A stretch of 64,000 bases of DNA from Macrostomum lignano (taxonomy: Eukaryota): contig NIVC01000413.1 in assembly GCA_002269645.1 (NCBI GenBank), positions 310,001 through 374,000 on the forward strand, written 5' to 3'. Under the pieces are notes generated by a model, which made no database searches, was not told the DNA's origin, and saw only the letters and a program-made list of their open reading frames with translations. This document shows, piece by piece, positions 62,391-64,000 of this stretch; position 1 is the stretch's first letter; each line of letters starts with the position of its first letter. A program made the position numbers and the translations under genes.

Positions 62391-64000
62391 ATGTTGATTT
62401 TAAAATTTCCGACTTTGACAGCAGTGTTGGTGGTGCTCCAGCTGCTGATGTGCCCCAGGTAAGAATTTCATTCATAATTTGGATTCCTAAAAACAGTCAG
62501 TCTCCACGATTTAGCTTCGAAAGCATGCCAATAAAATCTGGGTCTTGATGCCACCTCGAATACCTCTTAAACAGTTTATCAATTTGTCGTCTGAAGGATT
62601 ACATTAGTAAAGTAATTATCTGGACCAGACCGAATAGAGGCATCCATTCCTCCCTTCGGCTCCCAAAGAGGAAGTTTTCTTGCCAGTAAACAAGATGTAA
62701 GATGCGCCCAGTTTTATAAAAAGCATTCAAAAACAATGTGAAAATTACTATATAAGTAAATATTTTAGTTTTGTCTTCTTGTCAAGGTGCAGAAAATTTG
62801 TCAAAGGGCATCATTGGATACTGACTCAGTGATAGCAGTTCTACATTTACTCCTGAAATACTTACCACATTCAGATAGGTCAAAATGACTACAATGTCGT
62901 TTTTGTTTTGTCATTAAACTGTAGGAATATACGACGCTCGCATGTAAAAAACGTTGCTATAGAAACGCTTCATATCCTGCAATCCTGCATTTTAGTTGCC
63001 AAGCCGCCACCCGTTACTGTAATGTCAACCCAAAGCTGACGTCATCGATAATTATTTCCGATGATCAAAAACAGCACGTTGAGCTCACTGCAAGCTACTC
63101 AGAAGAGACAGACATCAGGCAGCTCAGCGGACGCTGCTCATGGAGCATCGAAAGTTCAGTGACTGAAAAGAACCTGCAGCTTGTCCTGCAAGGACTTACG
63201 ATGGACTCGCAAACAAAGGATCGAAAGCAACAGATAGATTTGGTCATCAGATACAAAGGAGGGACACTCAATGTGACTCAAGGAATGTTTTTGGTCGCAC
63301 CTGAACAGCTAATGTAAGTCGCTGGCAATATAGTAATCGATCAGTATTTGTAATTTGAAATGTTGCTACGAGCTCAGATCGTGTTAAAGTTGTCAATAGT
63401 AAAGCTGCTAACTCTACAATGCTTTAGACGGAGGGTTGGCGCCATCCAGGGAGGTTCTCAGGGGGTTACCAGCAGCTGTTTCTCCCGGAATGGCGATTCA
63501 ATAACTTGTTATGTGGTCAAAAGGTAGCTCGAATGGTTTTTACTTCAGGAGTTTGAACGCTGTTTATAGTTACATATGCGGACAGTAATATGATACATGT
63601 AGGGCTTTCAGCGCTGTACCAATATTTTATTTCAGGCTGCCTCTCACGGTGCAGGCCAGCTGGGACCCGAGATACCAATCTGCCCCCAAGGTAAAGCTGA
63701 GACTCCTGCTGATTCTCCCTGGACTCTGCCACAGAGACATGCTCAGCTTCAACGGAAACTGCTACGCTGTGAGCAAAGTCAGAGCCAATGTGACAGCCGC
63801 AATGTCCAGCATCAGAGGCGATGCTCAGCTGGCCAGCTTCTCCAGCATGTCTGAGATCCGCAGTCTCGTTGCTGCAAGTAAGTAGCGACTCTCAGCATCT
63901 GTTTTTGATTTTAATCTCCAGAGCTACTTTAAAATAGAGGTGAGCATCAAAACGGTTTTAGACACAGCCAGACTGTCGGTGCACCCGTACAGACGGCCTC
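62391..64000 (+). CDS. Receptor paralog copy 3 (5' part): exons 62391-62458, 62996-63313, 63636-63877, 63962 to window end
   Basis: Signal peptide MLILKFPTLTAVLVVLQLLMCP; diverged CUB-like exon CQAATRYC...RCSWSIE; lectin-like exon of 242 nt. All splice phases match copy 2 and frames are open. Confidence 0.85.

Overview
Eukaryotic (metazoan) genomic DNA with spliceosomal introns and TTAGGG repeats. The sequence style is compatible with a flatworm such as Macrostomum, but that is inference only. The window holds three tandem + strand paralogs of a type-I membrane receptor gene (signal peptide, CUB-like exon, C-type-lectin-like exons, transmembrane helix). Copy 1 (771-2341, 5' end off-window) has a premature TGA and a Tyr-motif tail. 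Copy 3 starts at 62391 and runs off the window. Copy 2 (6206-61991) is the key feature. Its transmembrane exon continues in frame through a DAPP repeat into an ankyrin repeat, and canonical, phase-matched splice sites join it to two exons encoding a Mab-21/cGAS-like nucleotidyltransferase (GS...DxD...D). The prediction is a lectin-type surface receptor fused to a cGAS-like enzyme, about 1313 or 1425 aa. One copy-2 intron, 89 nt in the paralog, has grown to 42.8 kb by nested insertions. The outer one is a ~1.3 kb TA-flanked palindromic element with a piggyBac fragment. Its left end was hit by a 41.4 kb Foldback/Mutator-like element (1.5-1.6 kb TIRs, 8-bp TSD). That element contains head-to-tail arrays of non-autonomous Helitron-like units carrying (TTAGGG)n and an intron-containing RepHel Helitron. 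MITEs, a tRNA-derived SINE, Gypsy fragments, a LINE ORF1-like fragment and minisatellites make up the rest. All coordinates were read by eye.
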